This document shows positions 41,211 to 54,401 of a DNA stretch of 64,000 bases, piece by piece. The stretch covers positions 32,612,001 through 32,676,000 of the forward strand of contig OZ024748.1 in assembly GCA_964016885.1 (NCBI GenBank), written 5' to 3'. Positions within the stretch are counted from its first letter, which is position 1, and the number at the start of each line of letters is the position of its first letter. This DNA is from Eledone cirrhosa (Eukaryota). The notes under the pieces are model-generated. The model was not told the origin of the DNA, ran no database searches, and saw only the letters and a program-made list of their open reading frames with translations. The position numbers and the translations under genes were made by a program.

Positions 41211-41605
41211 TACATTGTGTACATTGTATAGAGTTTATTCCTACATTGTATAGAGTTTATACCTACATTGTGTCCATTGTATAGAGTTTATGTCTACATT
41301 GTGTCCATTGTATAGAGTTTATACCTACATTGTGTCCATTGTATAGAGTTTATACCTACATTGTGTACATTGTATAGAGTTTATGTCTACATTGTGTACA
41401 TTGTATAGAGTTTATGTCTACATTGTGTACATTGTATAGAGTTTATGTCTACATTGTGTACATTGTATAGAGTTTATGTCTACATTGTGTACATTGTATA
41501 GAGTTTATGTCTACATTGTGTCCATTGTATAGAGTTTATATCTACATTGTGTACATTGTATAGAGTTTATGTCTACATTGTGTACATTGTATAGAGTTTA
41601 TGCCT
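41211..41605. repeat. 31-bp minisatellite, ~13 copies
   Basis: tacattgtgtacattgtatagagtttatgtc; period 31 (41357 to 41388). Confidence 0.93.
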
Positions 41606-41744
41606 ACTTCTTTTCTAAATATTGAACATGGCCACTTCCCCGTGGAAATCAAGGTCCTGTCTTCTTTCCTACTTACTAATATATTAGATTTGTCTAAGTT
41701 TTCTCTCAAACCTTTTGATTCCAACTTCTGTTTCTGTAGAAAAA

Positions 41745-42025
41745 CCATACCACACTGCTCTTTGCGTGGGTTAATAAGGATCGCGTCCAGGCCTTAAGTA
41801 GAGGGGCCTGTTCGAAAAATATATTGCAGTCTCCATTTCATGCTGCAAAAACTTGTGATGGGCCTGCATCCTGTCCTGGGGGGCCGTGGGATGGATGCAC
41901 AAAGGTCGCCTATCCCGAGGCCCCAAAGAGGGTCTGGAAGGGAGCAAACCTTAACAGTTGGAACCTGGTATATCACAACCCTTACAGGTAAGGAGCAGGA
42001 ACTAGTGGAGGAGGCTAGATGTTAA
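41745..42025 (+). mobile_element. LINE 5' fragment (start of the APE endonuclease)
   Basis: LTVGTWYITTLTGKEQELVEEA resembles the GTWNV N-terminal strand of RTE endonucleases. Confidence 0.6.
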
Positions 42026-42779
42026 GCCTCCCCAGTAAATTTTATGCTATGTGCCTGGCAAATAGATGATAATTTCACTGCTATTTCTAGCAGGGTGAGT
42101 GACCATGTAGAAGTTTTCTTATAGATATATAATTAATATTTTACTGAGTGAAACTTTGATTTACCATCGATTAGATACGATTGCGACTGTGTCTGAATGT
42201 GTTAAATTATATCAGGGACTCTTAACGTATGACACCGGTAAGAGAGGTGAAACATTGCCAACGACACCGGGTACCTGCTGTCTTCATTATAACTTTAATT
42301 AATCTAATTATATCTTGTGTAATAATTATATACATACACACTTTTCTTTCCCCGACATCAGTCTTACACTGTCATATCTATTCTTACTTTACAATTGTGT
42401 CTACTAAGAGTTCCATTACAATCTGTAGTAGTAAAACTACTATTTCACCAGAACATCTGCTATCAGTCATTTATAGACAATATATATATTTTAAACCACA
42501 TATCAACCTAATATATATATATTTCCTATCAAATATGTGGCTAAAGACATAAAGTCAGCCTCACTACTTCATTCTGACAAGATATAAATTTATGACTAAA
42601 GATGAAGAAGATACACCAATGTTAATGTCGTGAAATAAAGCTGATGACATCTTTGTAACTTCTAATTTGACAACAAAGAGATTATTTCTTTGGTTGTTTA
42701 GTAAAACCTAACAACACAACACATTGATTATATCTGAAGGAGGTAAGTTGACAAAGATTTACTTTAAGTCTATAATAGT

Positions 42780-42982
42780 GATAGCCACAAATACTAACTA
42801 CTATACATTAGATAATGTAGTCCTAGATACGCTATGTCTGTATGCCACAAATACTAACTACTATACTGTACATTAGATAATGTAGTCCTTGGTACACTAT
42901 GTCTGACAGCCACTAATACTAACTTCTATACTGTACATTAGATAATGTAGTCCTAGATACACTATGTCTGATAGTCACTAGT
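42780..42982. repeat. ~63-bp tandem repeat, 3 copies
   Basis: gccacaaatactaactactata...cattagataatgtagtcctagatac.ctatgtctg. Confidence 0.8.
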
Positions 42983-43164
42983 ATATACCTAGTTCTCAGG
43001 GAGATTCAGTGAGACAAAACGTGTGACATGGCTTCCCTTTGAAATACATGTAGAACCCATCTTATATTATAATATGTCTTAGTATTTCATTGACACGTAT
43101 ACCGTTGACATTGTTCTCAGCGAGATTCAGTGTGGCAATTCTATGTAACAACGTTTCCACTATA

Positions 43165-43310
43165 ATTACTGGTACAACTTATTATTTTTGCCAGCTGGGT
43201 GAAATGAAACAATGAGAAATAAAGTGTCTGTTCAAGGCCCCAGCGTACTGGCCACCCGGTCTGGGATTCGAACTCACGAACCATACGTTCATGTACTGCG
43301 CGCTGAGAGT
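43165..43310 (-). mobile_element. tRNA-derived SINE (family B-like) fragment
   Basis: B-box GAGTTCGAATCCC and gacactttatttc on the minus strand. Confidence 0.6.
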
Positions 43311-43446
43311 GATCTCCCTTGGCTGACTTTAAAATCTTTTCTTCCATTAGAAATTATTTTTTTCATGTCCGACTGAAAGACTCTGGAGTTTTTACAGCTC
43401 TGGGGTTTAATTAATGAGGAATTTTGAGGTATTTATAACAATTATT

Positions 43447-43623
43447 AATTGGCAGTATTGGTAGAGGGTCAGACATGCTTTCCAGCGTAGTTACGTCCCT
43501 TTACGATCTGAGTTCAAATCCCGCCGAGGTTAACTTTGCCTTTCATCCTTACAGGGTCGATAAAATAAAGTACCAGTAATACACTGGGTAATTGCTGGCC
43601 TTGTGCCAAAAGTAGAAACAATT
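43447..43623 (+). mobile_element. tRNA-derived SINE (family A), slightly 5'-truncated
   Basis: ttggcagtattggtagaggg...gccaaaagtagaaacaatt. Confidence 0.87.
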
Positions 43624-44319
43624 AATTATTTCATTACTGAGATATCATTTGAAGGAATTACTAAAGTTTTTGATTATTAATTATTTTATTAGTAACTTAA
43701 CATGTGGTTCTTGTATAAAATTATGTTGGAAGATTTTAATATAAATATGAACTCTGTATTTCAATTAATTATGGAGAATTTTGAGCGATTTATCATAATT
43801 GTTAGTTAATTACTAACATATTACCTTAACATATGGTTGTTATATAGAATTTCATTGGAATACTTTAATTTAAATAGGAACAATTTCCACAGAACGAGAA
43901 ACAATTTTGGCTGGGTTTCTACCAAAAGGGTTAATGAAGAATTATGAACAATTTACTAAATTATTAATTATTTCATTACTAAGATAGTGAACGTATGGTT
44001 CTTGTATAAAATTATGTTGGAAGATTTTAACTGAAATAGGAACCTTTTTAAATGGCTGGATAGACCGATATATATCTATATATATATCGTCATAGATTTC
44101 GTTTGTTATTGTATAACGCATTCCGTACCATGTATACCGTGTTTCCGCTATTACAAGACAAATCTTATATTAATTTACCTCACCTCCACCACTACCAAGA
44201 AAAGGGGCACCAGTGCTTATTTTCAGGCTAGAGTTTATAATATGGGAAACTAGACTTGATAAATTCCGACCTTACACACTTACACCTCTCCAAGACAATG
44301 TCACTGGTAATACAGAAGA

Positions 44320-44720
44320 CCCGCCTTGCCTAAGTACAAAGCGAAACCTACAGTCAGTAGGCACCTCTATCAAAATACACCCCTGTCCCACTACCCCCAT
44401 CCCATCCACACCACCCCTTTCACTGTAAAGTTATGTTGGTACCACAGCATCCAGTCCGAAACAAATGAGGGCGTGTAGGTGTCACTACAAAAAAACACAC
44501 AGTCCACACTGTAATGTGGCCGTGTAGGTAACACGGTAAAAACCTCCCAGTCCACACTGTAAATGTGGTTGGTGTTAGGAAGGGCATCCAGCCGTAGAAA
44601 ACCTGCCAGACAGTCCTATACGAACAGGACAACCAATCTTGCCTCAAGTGGAGAAACTCCTGTCCAAACCCATGCAAGCATGGAAGATGGACGTTAAACG
44701 ATGATGATGATGATGATGAT
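44320..44720 (+). mobile_element. Non-coding retroposon 3' part with RTE-type (GAT)n tail; second copy at ~59232-59600
   Basis: Both copies share gcgaaacctacagtcagtagg...ccagtccacactgtaaatgtggttggtgttaggaag...ggacgttaaacgatgatgat. Confidence 0.7.
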
Positions 44721-44820
44721 ATATATATATATCAACAGTCGATTGAGTTTCGGACTGAGGAAACACTGTTTCCGTTGGTCTTTCCAATTGCTAATACTGT
44801 CTATCGGTCGCAACTCTGTT

Positions 44821-44852
<32 letters not shown>

Positions 44853-44920
44853 GAGAGAGAGAAAATTAGCATTTAGCTTCGAACATAGCTGAATACAAAT
44901 ATATATTTGAATTTCGTATT

Positions 44921-45073
44921 TCTAGTGGCGTTAGCTGCCAGTTTGTTATTCATAGGTATGGCTTTCTAAATTTTTATTTATAAACATACTGTATTTCTTT
45001 ACAGTATGTTTATAAATAAAAAAATTAGAAAGCCATACCTATGAATAACAAACTGGCAGCTAAGACCACTAGA
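44921..45073. repeat. Near-perfect hairpin, ~73-bp arms
   Basis: tctagtgg..ttagctgccagtttgttattcataggtatggctttctaa / ttagaaagccatacctatgaataacaaactggcagctaa..ccactaga. Confidence 0.88.
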
Positions 45074-45531
45074 TGGTGCTCGGCAGAAGCAAGGAGGAGA
45101 ATCATATATGCATTTTAAACTCAACTGGTTCTCACCAGGACAATCTCTCTTGCAACTGCCGGACTTTGAAAACTGGCGAAAATATATAGTTTTTTCGTCT
45201 GTGTATTAATAATATATATATATATATCGTTATACTTTGGGAGGGTCATGCTGCCAATAAAAACACACGCACCTGTTGGTTTTCACTTCAATTTATTAAA
45301 AATTTCCGGTTGGTTGGGTCAATAATCGGATGGTTGTTCATATATTGTCAAAGCTCTATTGTCACACATTCTGTGACCTTCTCAGTGACTAGGTTTTATT
45401 TTGTGTGTCTCTTCCAACATAATTCTATACAAGAACAACATATTAAGTTACTAATAAAATTATTAATAATTAAAATCTTGAGTAAATCCTTCCAATGATA
45501 TTTCAGTAATGAAAGAATTAATAATTGTAAT

Positions 45532-48500
45532 TATAACCAGATGCATTCGGACTTACCACGTGTCATACATCCAACTCGAGGGTATCAGAGCCTCTCTCAG
45601 TCTCACTTCACACCACACGTCTTCACTTGACACGGACTGCTAGGGAAAGGGTCCGGTCAGGAGCACCTGAACCTTCATGTGACGTCACTCGTCCGTCCTT
45701 CTGGTCAGGCGTCCCCCAACTTTTGGCAACCTCCCCCTCCCCTGATCTCATGGTTCAATCACCCCCCATCATATTGCTCCATGTCAAAATCCGCCATCCA
45801 CCTGGGTGGTCAGCGGTCCCATTGCGATATCTGCACTGTTGGGTCAACACTTTCGTTTTCCTCTTCCTCAAAGTCCATCACAACAATAACTTTATGGACG
45901 TCCAAGACTTGCCGTGGCATTCCGTCCACAGACACGTTGTTTTGGGAATTTACAGCCGTTACCATTCCCTTTCCTCATTGAGATGTGCAGCAAATGTTTG
46001 GGGGCTTGACCCCATACCTCTTCGCTCACTCATACGAAAGCGTTCTCTCTCTCCACTGGCTGCTGTGGTACTGTCTACGGGTGTCGCCATTTGTATCTAC
46101 ATATTGCCCTGTGTGGCACCGACTCTCGGCCTGTCCCACCCAAGGAGACATGTTGTACCAAAACATTGCCTCCATTGGTGAAATGTGCCCTCTTTCTGCC
46201 ATGGCCTTGATCATGCAATAGTGTCTCTCACAATCCCATTTTTGCTTGGCCTGTATGCCGCTCTGAAGAAGTGGTTCACCTTCTACTTGTCAAGCATTTC
46301 CCTCCTCTCACTGATCAGCATTGATCTCACCCATCTGAGTACAGTGGCCGAGTCTGTGCAAATTTCTATGGTGCGCAGCCCCAACTCAGGGCGAAATTTA
46401 TTCCTCTCAGTACAGCATCCAGTTCGGCCATGTTGATGTTGTTGCAGTCCTCCTCCTTCCTGAACCAGGTTGCATCCTCGACCTCGACACCTCCTATCTC
46501 CAGAACGACCCCTAGTGCTATGCTGCTGGCATCACACCATATGGTCTCGCTCTTCGATTTGGGGACGTACCAACATCCTCTCACTGGGTCTTCCGCCTTT
46601 ATCCTCCCCACGATCTCCTGCATCATAGCCACTTGTCCTCTCTCCTACCCTGTTACCCCAGCTCACCGCGTCTGCTCGTCTCTTGACATAGCTGCATGCC
46701 GTCCGGAGCTACCCTGCGATCGGATAGTAGTTTACTAATTTACCACACATTGAGTAGATTTCCTGTCTATTCATGTCGGGGTCCACTTCTGGGACTTCAT
46801 TTCCTCTCCGAAACACCAGTGTGCCCGTCTTGTCTCTTTGTAGCTGGAGTCCTAGCGCAGCTCCTCCTTCCATCACCTCCGGCAGTTTCATAGTTAACCC
46901 GAACTTTCCTAAGTGATTTGAGACCTCTGCTGCTGACACCACCATCTTGTCTACCAAAATGTAGGAGCTGGTGGCCCTCTTCACCTTCTCTGCTTTCCCC
47001 AGAATGGCCTTGAGGACCGTCAGCATGATCTTTGGTGCAGAGTTCAACCCGAAACCAAGCCTGGTCAGGCAGTATGTCTGGCCCTTATACCGGACCAGCT
47101 GATACTTCCACAGTTTCTCATCCACGTGTAACTGGAGATATGCCAACTTTAAGTCAACAATCATGGAGGTTCCCATCATTCGTCTCTCCTCTCGCAAGGT
47201 TGCCCCGCAAACATCCGTGACCTCATCGCTTGTGTGGCATGACACGTGTTCCTTCAGTTCACGAAAGTCTAGCACCGGCCTAACCTTGTTCTTTGTGGAC
47301 TGCACCACTGCTATTACCAGCAACACTCCACACTTTACCTCCTCCTTCCAAGGAATGGATATACCCTCCTCGATGCATCTCTGTACCTCTCCCTCAAACT
47401 CACTTCTGGCATCTCCTTTCAGGGTATGCTGATAACAGCCCACTCTATTCTTCAGCGTTGGTGGTTCACCCTTTCAGTACCACTCAACTACCCACCGTTG
47501 CCCATCAAACACAGCCCTGAAATCCTTGTCCTGTATGGCGTTTTCTTTGTGGATCTCCCTGTTCTCCTGTTGCACACTCACTACCAAACGTTACCCCGAC
47601 TTCACTCACTGTAACACTTCCTAAGCAGCCAATCACATCCCTGCCCATTACTACATCCATTCTGTCCACCACATGGTCAATCACAATCGCCCAGAGCCTT
47701 ATTTTTCTTCCCCGTACCACCCTCGACACCTCGCTGCTACCTCTGCATCTAATCTCCCTGCCGTCGACTGCCCTTATATTGCTCATCCCACTCCACTTTT
47801 TAACCACCTCTGTGGTCACTAATGTTTTGTGAAGCCCACACGAGGGCTCATGGTGGCTTCCCTCCACCAGAACTTCCACTATGGGCAGCGACTGCAAAAG
47901 CGCTTCTACTTGCTTCCAGAGGTGGCTACCCCCCCCCCCCCCATGGACCATTTCTCTGGTTACAATTATTGGTGATGTGACCTGTCCACTTGCATCAGTA
48001 GCAGATTATGTCTGGCTTCGGCTCTCTGCAGGCCCTTGCCATGTGTGGGCCCTGGCACCTGGAACACCGGCCTCTGAACGCACGCAGACAAATATTCACA
48101 GTGTCTTTTCTCCTTTCGTTGGTCGCTGTCAACTGCCATGGGATTCCAACGCTGCTAGCACTGCAACATTCCACCTCGTGTCTGGTGTTACTATACAGGC
48201 CTGCACGATTAGCTCGCTCATGCTCGCCTCTCTGTTGCCAGGCAACTGTTGGAGCCTCACCGAGATTTCATCGGTGAACCTGTTCACAAATGCCACCCAC
48301 ACGATACCTTCGTGGTCTACTGTGAATCCAGCCAACGTAGCCAACCACCCTAATTCTGTTGCAAATACGTCCATGTATTCTTCCTTCCATCTCGCTCTGC
48401 TTAGCTTGGTGAAAGCAGCATACGGCCCCTTGGTGAACTCTTCCTTAAGTCGTTGCTCTATCTTCTCTGCATTCAGTTGGTCTGACTCAACCATCTCGAA

Positions 48501-49019
48501 GTATAATGCCAGTGCATCTCCATCAAGATAAACAGCAATTAAGCCAGCCACATTCTCAATACTTTGCAGCGAGGCAACCAATCTAACTTTTCTTAACCAG
48601 GTGATGACATCTCCTTCGCTGTTTAAGGCTTTGATCACCTCGCTACCCATTCTCAACTTCGCCACCATCTCCTTTGCGAGATCGTAAAAGACCATAACAC
48701 CCCAAGAAAGAAAGAAAAGAAAAACCGCTGCCTGGAGTAAGAATGCTGAAAGATGAGATCTTTAAATGCCGAAATAGCTTGTAACCGGATGCATTCAGAC
48801 TTACCTTGCATCTTTGATTCACTTTGGGCAGAGTTGTCCACCGTCCATGTGTGGTAAATCTGACTTTAGGGTATCCGAGCCTCTCTCGGTCTCACTTCAC
48901 ACCACACGTCTTTCACTCAACACCGACTGTTGGGGAAGAGGCCAGTCAGTAGCCCCTCACCCTTCATGTGATGTTACTCATCCTGCCACTTCCGGTCAGG
49001 CGTCCCCAAACTTTCGGCA
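45532..49019 (-). mobile_element. Old Gypsy-like LTR retrotransposon, degraded, integrase partly deleted
   Basis: Diverged LTRs at 45532-45728 and 48780-49019. PPT GGGGAGGGGGAGG at ~45731-45743. Gag-like ORF 48129-48695. RT motifs VRPVLDFREL, VDLKLAYLQ and RLGFGLNSAP; RNase H WCDASS...NMAELDA; YRPSKNGIVE. No TSD seen. Confidence 0.85.
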
Positions 49020-49024
49020 GTCTC

Positions 49025-49800
49025 CCTCATGGCAGCCCCACACACTGAGCAAGGCCATTTCAATGAGAAGATCAGGGCCCTGTTTTCCTTTCTACTTACT
49101 AGGACTTTAATCTTTACCAAGTTGACCTCTCGACCATTTGATTCTAGGCTTGGAATTTCTTCTCTAATTCTACCATACATTCAGCAACAAGGGTTAAATC
49201 ATCTGCATACAGGAGGGCTCATGTACTGCCAGTCTGAAACTCTTGTGTTGTAGCTTGTAGGACAATGATATACAGATGAGGGATAAGAATGGAGCCCTGA
49301 TGAACTTGCATACTAAATTCACTATAGTCATTCTTAATTCTAACCTTACTGACTGCCCACACAAGCCACTCATCGACGCCTACTTTTCTAAGGACCCAGC
49401 AAATAATGGAACAGTGGAGTCTGTCAGAAGCTCTCTCTGTGTCAACAAATGCCAAGTAGAGGGGCTTATTTTAGCTCGGTACTGCTCTTGCAGTTGCCAC
49501 ACAAGGAAGAGGACATCAGTGGTACTTTTACCTGGCACAAATCCAAACTTCATCTCGTCTAGATTAACTTGGTCCCTAATCAGCTGTGTTATAACTCTAG
49601 CACCTTCATGAAGTGGTCCATCTAATGTCTCTATAGTTTTGTAGCTCTAGTACATCTCCTTTGCCCTTGTAGCAGTTGATGATGATGATACTACACTATT
49701 TATTTGGTATGACACCATTTTGTATTACTTGCTTTACGATACCAGTGGTTAAGATGTGACCCACCATCCCAGATACTTTCAGTATCTCAGCAACTATCCC
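49025..49800 (-). mobile_element. RTE LINE RT fragment
   Basis: LDEMKFGFVPGKSTTD, AFVDTERASDR..WVLRKVGVDEWLV, HQGSIL. Confidence 0.8.
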
Positions 49801-50657
49801 CAATGGACAAGATACTTTCTCTGTCTTCATATCCTTAATTACCTTACTACACTACTGCTTACTTGTATGGCTGGACCCTCTGTTTCTCTTCATTCAGTAA
49901 TCTTTCCATCCCCATCATCACAATTATTCTTGGCATACCGCCTCACAAGCCTCAACACCTCACGTCTTTGGTACTGGCACCAAAAAAGAAGCTGAATCTT
50001 TTATTTCTAAATAGCAATTATTTCAAATGTTTCAAATTCTATCAAACAAAGTTTGATAGAATTTGAAACATTTTAAATAGCAATGAAGTGTTTGTGTTAG
50101 ATATATTAAAACTACTTACAAGATGATATTATATATGGTATCAATAACAGAGATTTAGATGGGTGTTAGATATATTAAAACTATTTACAAGATGATATTA
50201 TATATAGTGTTAATAACAGAGATTTAGATGGGTGTTAGATGTATTAAAACTACTTACAAGATGATATTATATATGGTGTTAATAACAGAGATTTAGATGG
50301 GTGTTAGATGTATTCAAACTACTTACAAGATGATATTATATATGGTGTTAATAACAGAGATTTAGATGGGTGTTAGATGTATTCAAACTACTTACAAGAT
50401 GATAGTATATATGGTGTTAATAACAGAGATTTAGATGGGTGTTAGATGTATTAAAACTACTTACAAGATGATATTATATATGGTGTTAATAACAGAGATT
50501 TAGATGGGTGTTAGATGTATTAAAATTACTTACAAGATGATATTATATATGGTGTGCATATATTAAAACTACTTACAAGATGATATTATATATGGTGTTA
50601 ATAACAGAGATTTAGATGGGTGTTAGATGTATTAAAACTACTTACAAGATGATATTA

Positions 50658-50826
50658 TCGGTGGAGGGTCGGACGCCATGCTTTCCAGCATAGTTACGTC
50701 CCTTTACGATCTGAGTTCAAATCTCGCCGAGGTTGACTTTGCCTTTCATCCTTACGGGGTCGATAGAATAAAGTACCAGTAATGCACTGGGTAATTGCTG
50801 GCCTTGTGCCTAAAGTAGAAACAATT
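50658..50826 (+). mobile_element. tRNA-derived SINE (family A), 5'-truncated
   Basis: tcggtggagggtcggacgcc...gcctaaagtagaaacaatt. Confidence 0.87.
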
Positions 50827-50943
50827 ATATATGGTGTTAATAACAGAGATTTAGATGGGTGTTAGATGTATTAAAACTACTTACAAGATGATATTATATA
50901 TGCTGTGGATATATTAAAACTACTTACAAGATGATATTATATA

Positions 50944-51110
50944 GGGCGGTGGATTGGCAGTATTAGTAGAGGGTCGGACGCCATGCTTTGACGCAAAGAG
51001 TTACATCCCTTCGAGGTTAACTTTGCCTTTCATCCTTACGGGGTCGATAAAATAAAGTACCAGTAATGTACTGAGTAATTGCTGGCCTTGTGCCAAAAGT
51101 AGAAACAATT
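50944..51110 (+). mobile_element. tRNA-derived SINE (family A), B-box region deleted
   Basis: gggcggtggattggcag...gccaaaagtagaaacaatt. Confidence 0.87.
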
Positions 51111-51429
51111 ATATATGGTATTAATAACAGAGATTTAGATGGGTGTTAGATGTATTAAAACTACTTACAAGATATCATTACATATGGTGTTAATAACAGA
51201 GATTTAGATGGGTGTTAGATATATTAAAACTACTTACAAGATATCATTACATATGGTGTTAATAACAGAGATTTAGATGGGTGTTAGATGTATTAAAACT
51301 ACTTACAAGATATCATTACATATGGTGTTAATAACAGAGATTTAGATGGGAAAATGAAAATTTGAAATCACAAACTTAACAAATTCATCAAATATAGCTA
51401 TTTTGTTAATTTGGATTCAGATATGAACA

Positions 51430-52330
51430 TTTCTTCACTCACTTATCTGGGGGAGGATCATGGGGTCAGAGTTCTTATATACATCTTCCAATGAGTCCTA
51501 TGAGTCCTATGAGTAGCAACAGTCTCCAATTCATCTGGCTGGAACCCAAATCAAGACCAGTGGAGCTCATGGATGTTATCCAACCATCTTGTACATAGTC
51601 AACCCCTGGGTCTCCTGCTGGCTGGTTTTGTCTGTTCAACAATTATTTCCTTAGACATACTAATCTCATCTCCATTGTGTTGGAGCCATATCTTAATTTG
51701 GAGAAGCAGCAGCTCTATACGGTGCAACTCTCTGATCTCCAAGCTACACACTCTACCGAGTAATGTTACTTCAAATGGTAAGTCAAAAACTTTCAATGAA
51801 GGTGTCAGAAACTGACAAGGATGTGTACTGTCACCTCTCCTGTTCATAATCTTCATGAATAAGATTGACATGTGCAGCCATGTTGGGAAGTGGTATCAAG
51901 ACTGGCAGGTGTAGACTGAGTCAGCTGGAATTGTGGAAGATATGATACTACTTAACTCATCAGAAGGTAATACCAGACTTGTACTTGATAGGTTTGCTGC
52001 AGTGTGCTGAATGACAGCAAAGAAAACCAGTGCTGCAAAGTCTAAGACACTTGTCCTCTCAAGAAAGCCTGTGTAGTGCATTCTACAGGTGAGTTTAGTT
52101 CCACTGAAGCAGTGTCTTGAGGCCATGTTTACAGATGATGGAAAGTAGGAAGCTGAGTTAAGTACAAGAACTGCAGGAGTTGATGCAGTAATGCACCAGA
52201 TTCAGCAAATGGTCATCAAAAGAAGGGAGGTAGGTGTAAAAGTTAATCTTACTATCTTCACTTCAGTATTGATGTCAACAGTTACCTATGGTCATGAATT
52301 TTGGGTAATGACTGAAAGAACACAATCCTA
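51430..52330. mobile_element. RTE LINE fragment with 5' inversion; inverted paralog of 37515-38340
   Basis: The plus-strand RT piece (QGCVLSPLLFIIFM...TYGHEFWVMTERT) at ~51790-52330 abuts the minus-strand downstream piece at ~51430-51782. Confidence 0.72.
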
Positions 52331-52338
52331 AATATTTA

Positions 52339-52912
<574 letters not shown>

Positions 52913-54082
52913 AGTAATTCTTGAAGAATTCTTAAAATTTCAGAGTAGATATAAAAGTTCAGAATTGATATGACCGTGTAAGACTGATGTCGGGGTATGA
53001 AAATTGTAGTGTGTTGTGTCTATGCATATATATATGTATTTATGTGTGTGTGTATGTTTATGTCTTAATAAATCCCGATTGTTCACCATGAAATGTAGAA
53101 AAGTACACAATATCTGCTGTGTTAACAACACAAATAATATGTACTTTATATTTCAAGTCCAAGTCAAAAGACCAGGAAAGCTAATTGTTCAGATGTTGGT
53201 GATTTAAACCTATTTCTTACTGTCCTGTAAAATGGGGAACAATCAATTCACAATGTAACGTAGTTTCTCATGAAACGAAATATTTCATCATGTAGGTGAT
53301 GGAACACCTACCCTGGAACATGTAGCTTATTCTATGATATCTACAGAATATTAATTTTCCCCTTAACGCGAGATAATCATTACCCAGTAAAATAATTATT
53401 ACGTATCCTTGAGTGAGTATCTTACCTTAATACTTGACCTGCTAGACATAGCAGCCAAATCACTCTTTACACACTTAAAATTAAAATGGACACATTAGTC
53501 ACCGGTGTCATATAGTAAAAGTCCCTGATATATTTTAACATCTTCAATATTATTATTTCTTTCTTCAGTTTAATCGCAGTCGTGGCTGTGTGGTTAGGGA
53601 GTTTGTTCTGCAACTATTTCCTTCTATGTTCAATCACGCTAATGTAGATATAGTTGTACTCCACATACATGAATAAATGTTTGTATGTGTGTTTATATAA
53701 TATATTTTTACTTTATTACAGAAATGACTTCTACAGGTCTAGAACTGTTTCTTACTAATAGAAACGTTCTTGTCCCACAGAAGTTCTCTCTATATATCAA
53801 AATAAATATGTCTATAGTTTATTAGCATATTGAATATCTCTTATAGCTGTGGTCACTTATATGTGTGTGTGTATATATATATTTATAAATCATGGTCTAC
53901 TTGATTCGCTATGGACTGTTAGTTATTCTCTCATATGTGAAGTTCATAAAATACAGGTACACCTGTTGACAAGCTCCTGTATGAAATAAAGTTGATCCTG
54001 TTGTGATTCAAAAATCAAGTTTACACAACATCATTATTATGTTACTCGTGTCTCAATAACTTTTTATATACTATGCTGCTAA

Positions 54083-54281
54083 ACGTATGTATTTGTGTGT
54101 AGATAATTCATCTTCTGATGAGAAAGTTTTCCTACAAATCTCACAGCTATATTCAGGAATATTTCTGTATAATGATCCTTGTTCAGTAGATGTTTCACTA
54201 GGTAAAGGTTTCTCCCCACTGTATGTTTGTGTAACTGTATCTATATTGGTAGAAGCAGGCGTGGTAGAAACGTCCTCCATA
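54083..54281 (-). pseudogene. C2H2-ZNF paralog 4, truncated after the first finger
   Basis: MEDVSTTPASTNID...YSCEICRKTFSSEDELSTHKYIR, then unrelated sequence. Confidence 0.8.
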
Positions 54282-54370
54282 GTAATTCTTGAAGAATTCT
54301 TCGAAATTCTGAAGATATATGACTGTGTAAGACTGATGTCGGTATAAGAAAGTGTAAGAGAGAGAGAGAG

Positions 54371-54401
<31 letters not shown>

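Larger units (their letters stand above)
39985..41740 (-). mobile_element. RTE LINE 3' half containing two internal minisatellite expansions
   Basis: ORF 41542-41748 (LESKGL...KWPCSI..INSIQCTQC) and ORF 40003-40332 (ERRLCWYG..RGRPRKT), with the RTE tail at ~39990. Confidence 0.82.
50090..51350. repeat. 69-bp minisatellite (~13 units) interrupted by two SINEs
   Basis: ttacaagatgatattatatatggtgttaataacagagatttagatgggtgttagatgtattaaaactac, the reverse complement of the 38418-38632 family. Confidence 0.92.

Noticed and set aside
45066-45080. CTCF-like motif CCACTAGATGGTGC
   Set aside because: A single imperfect motif at the edge of a repeat hairpin; cannot be supported from sequence alone.
45627-48531. 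Plus-strand ORFs 45627-46181 and 47881-48531, and similar antisense ORFs over 2544-6090 and 25240-26686
   Set aside because: Shadow frames antisense to retrotransposon gag-pol, with no recognisable motifs.
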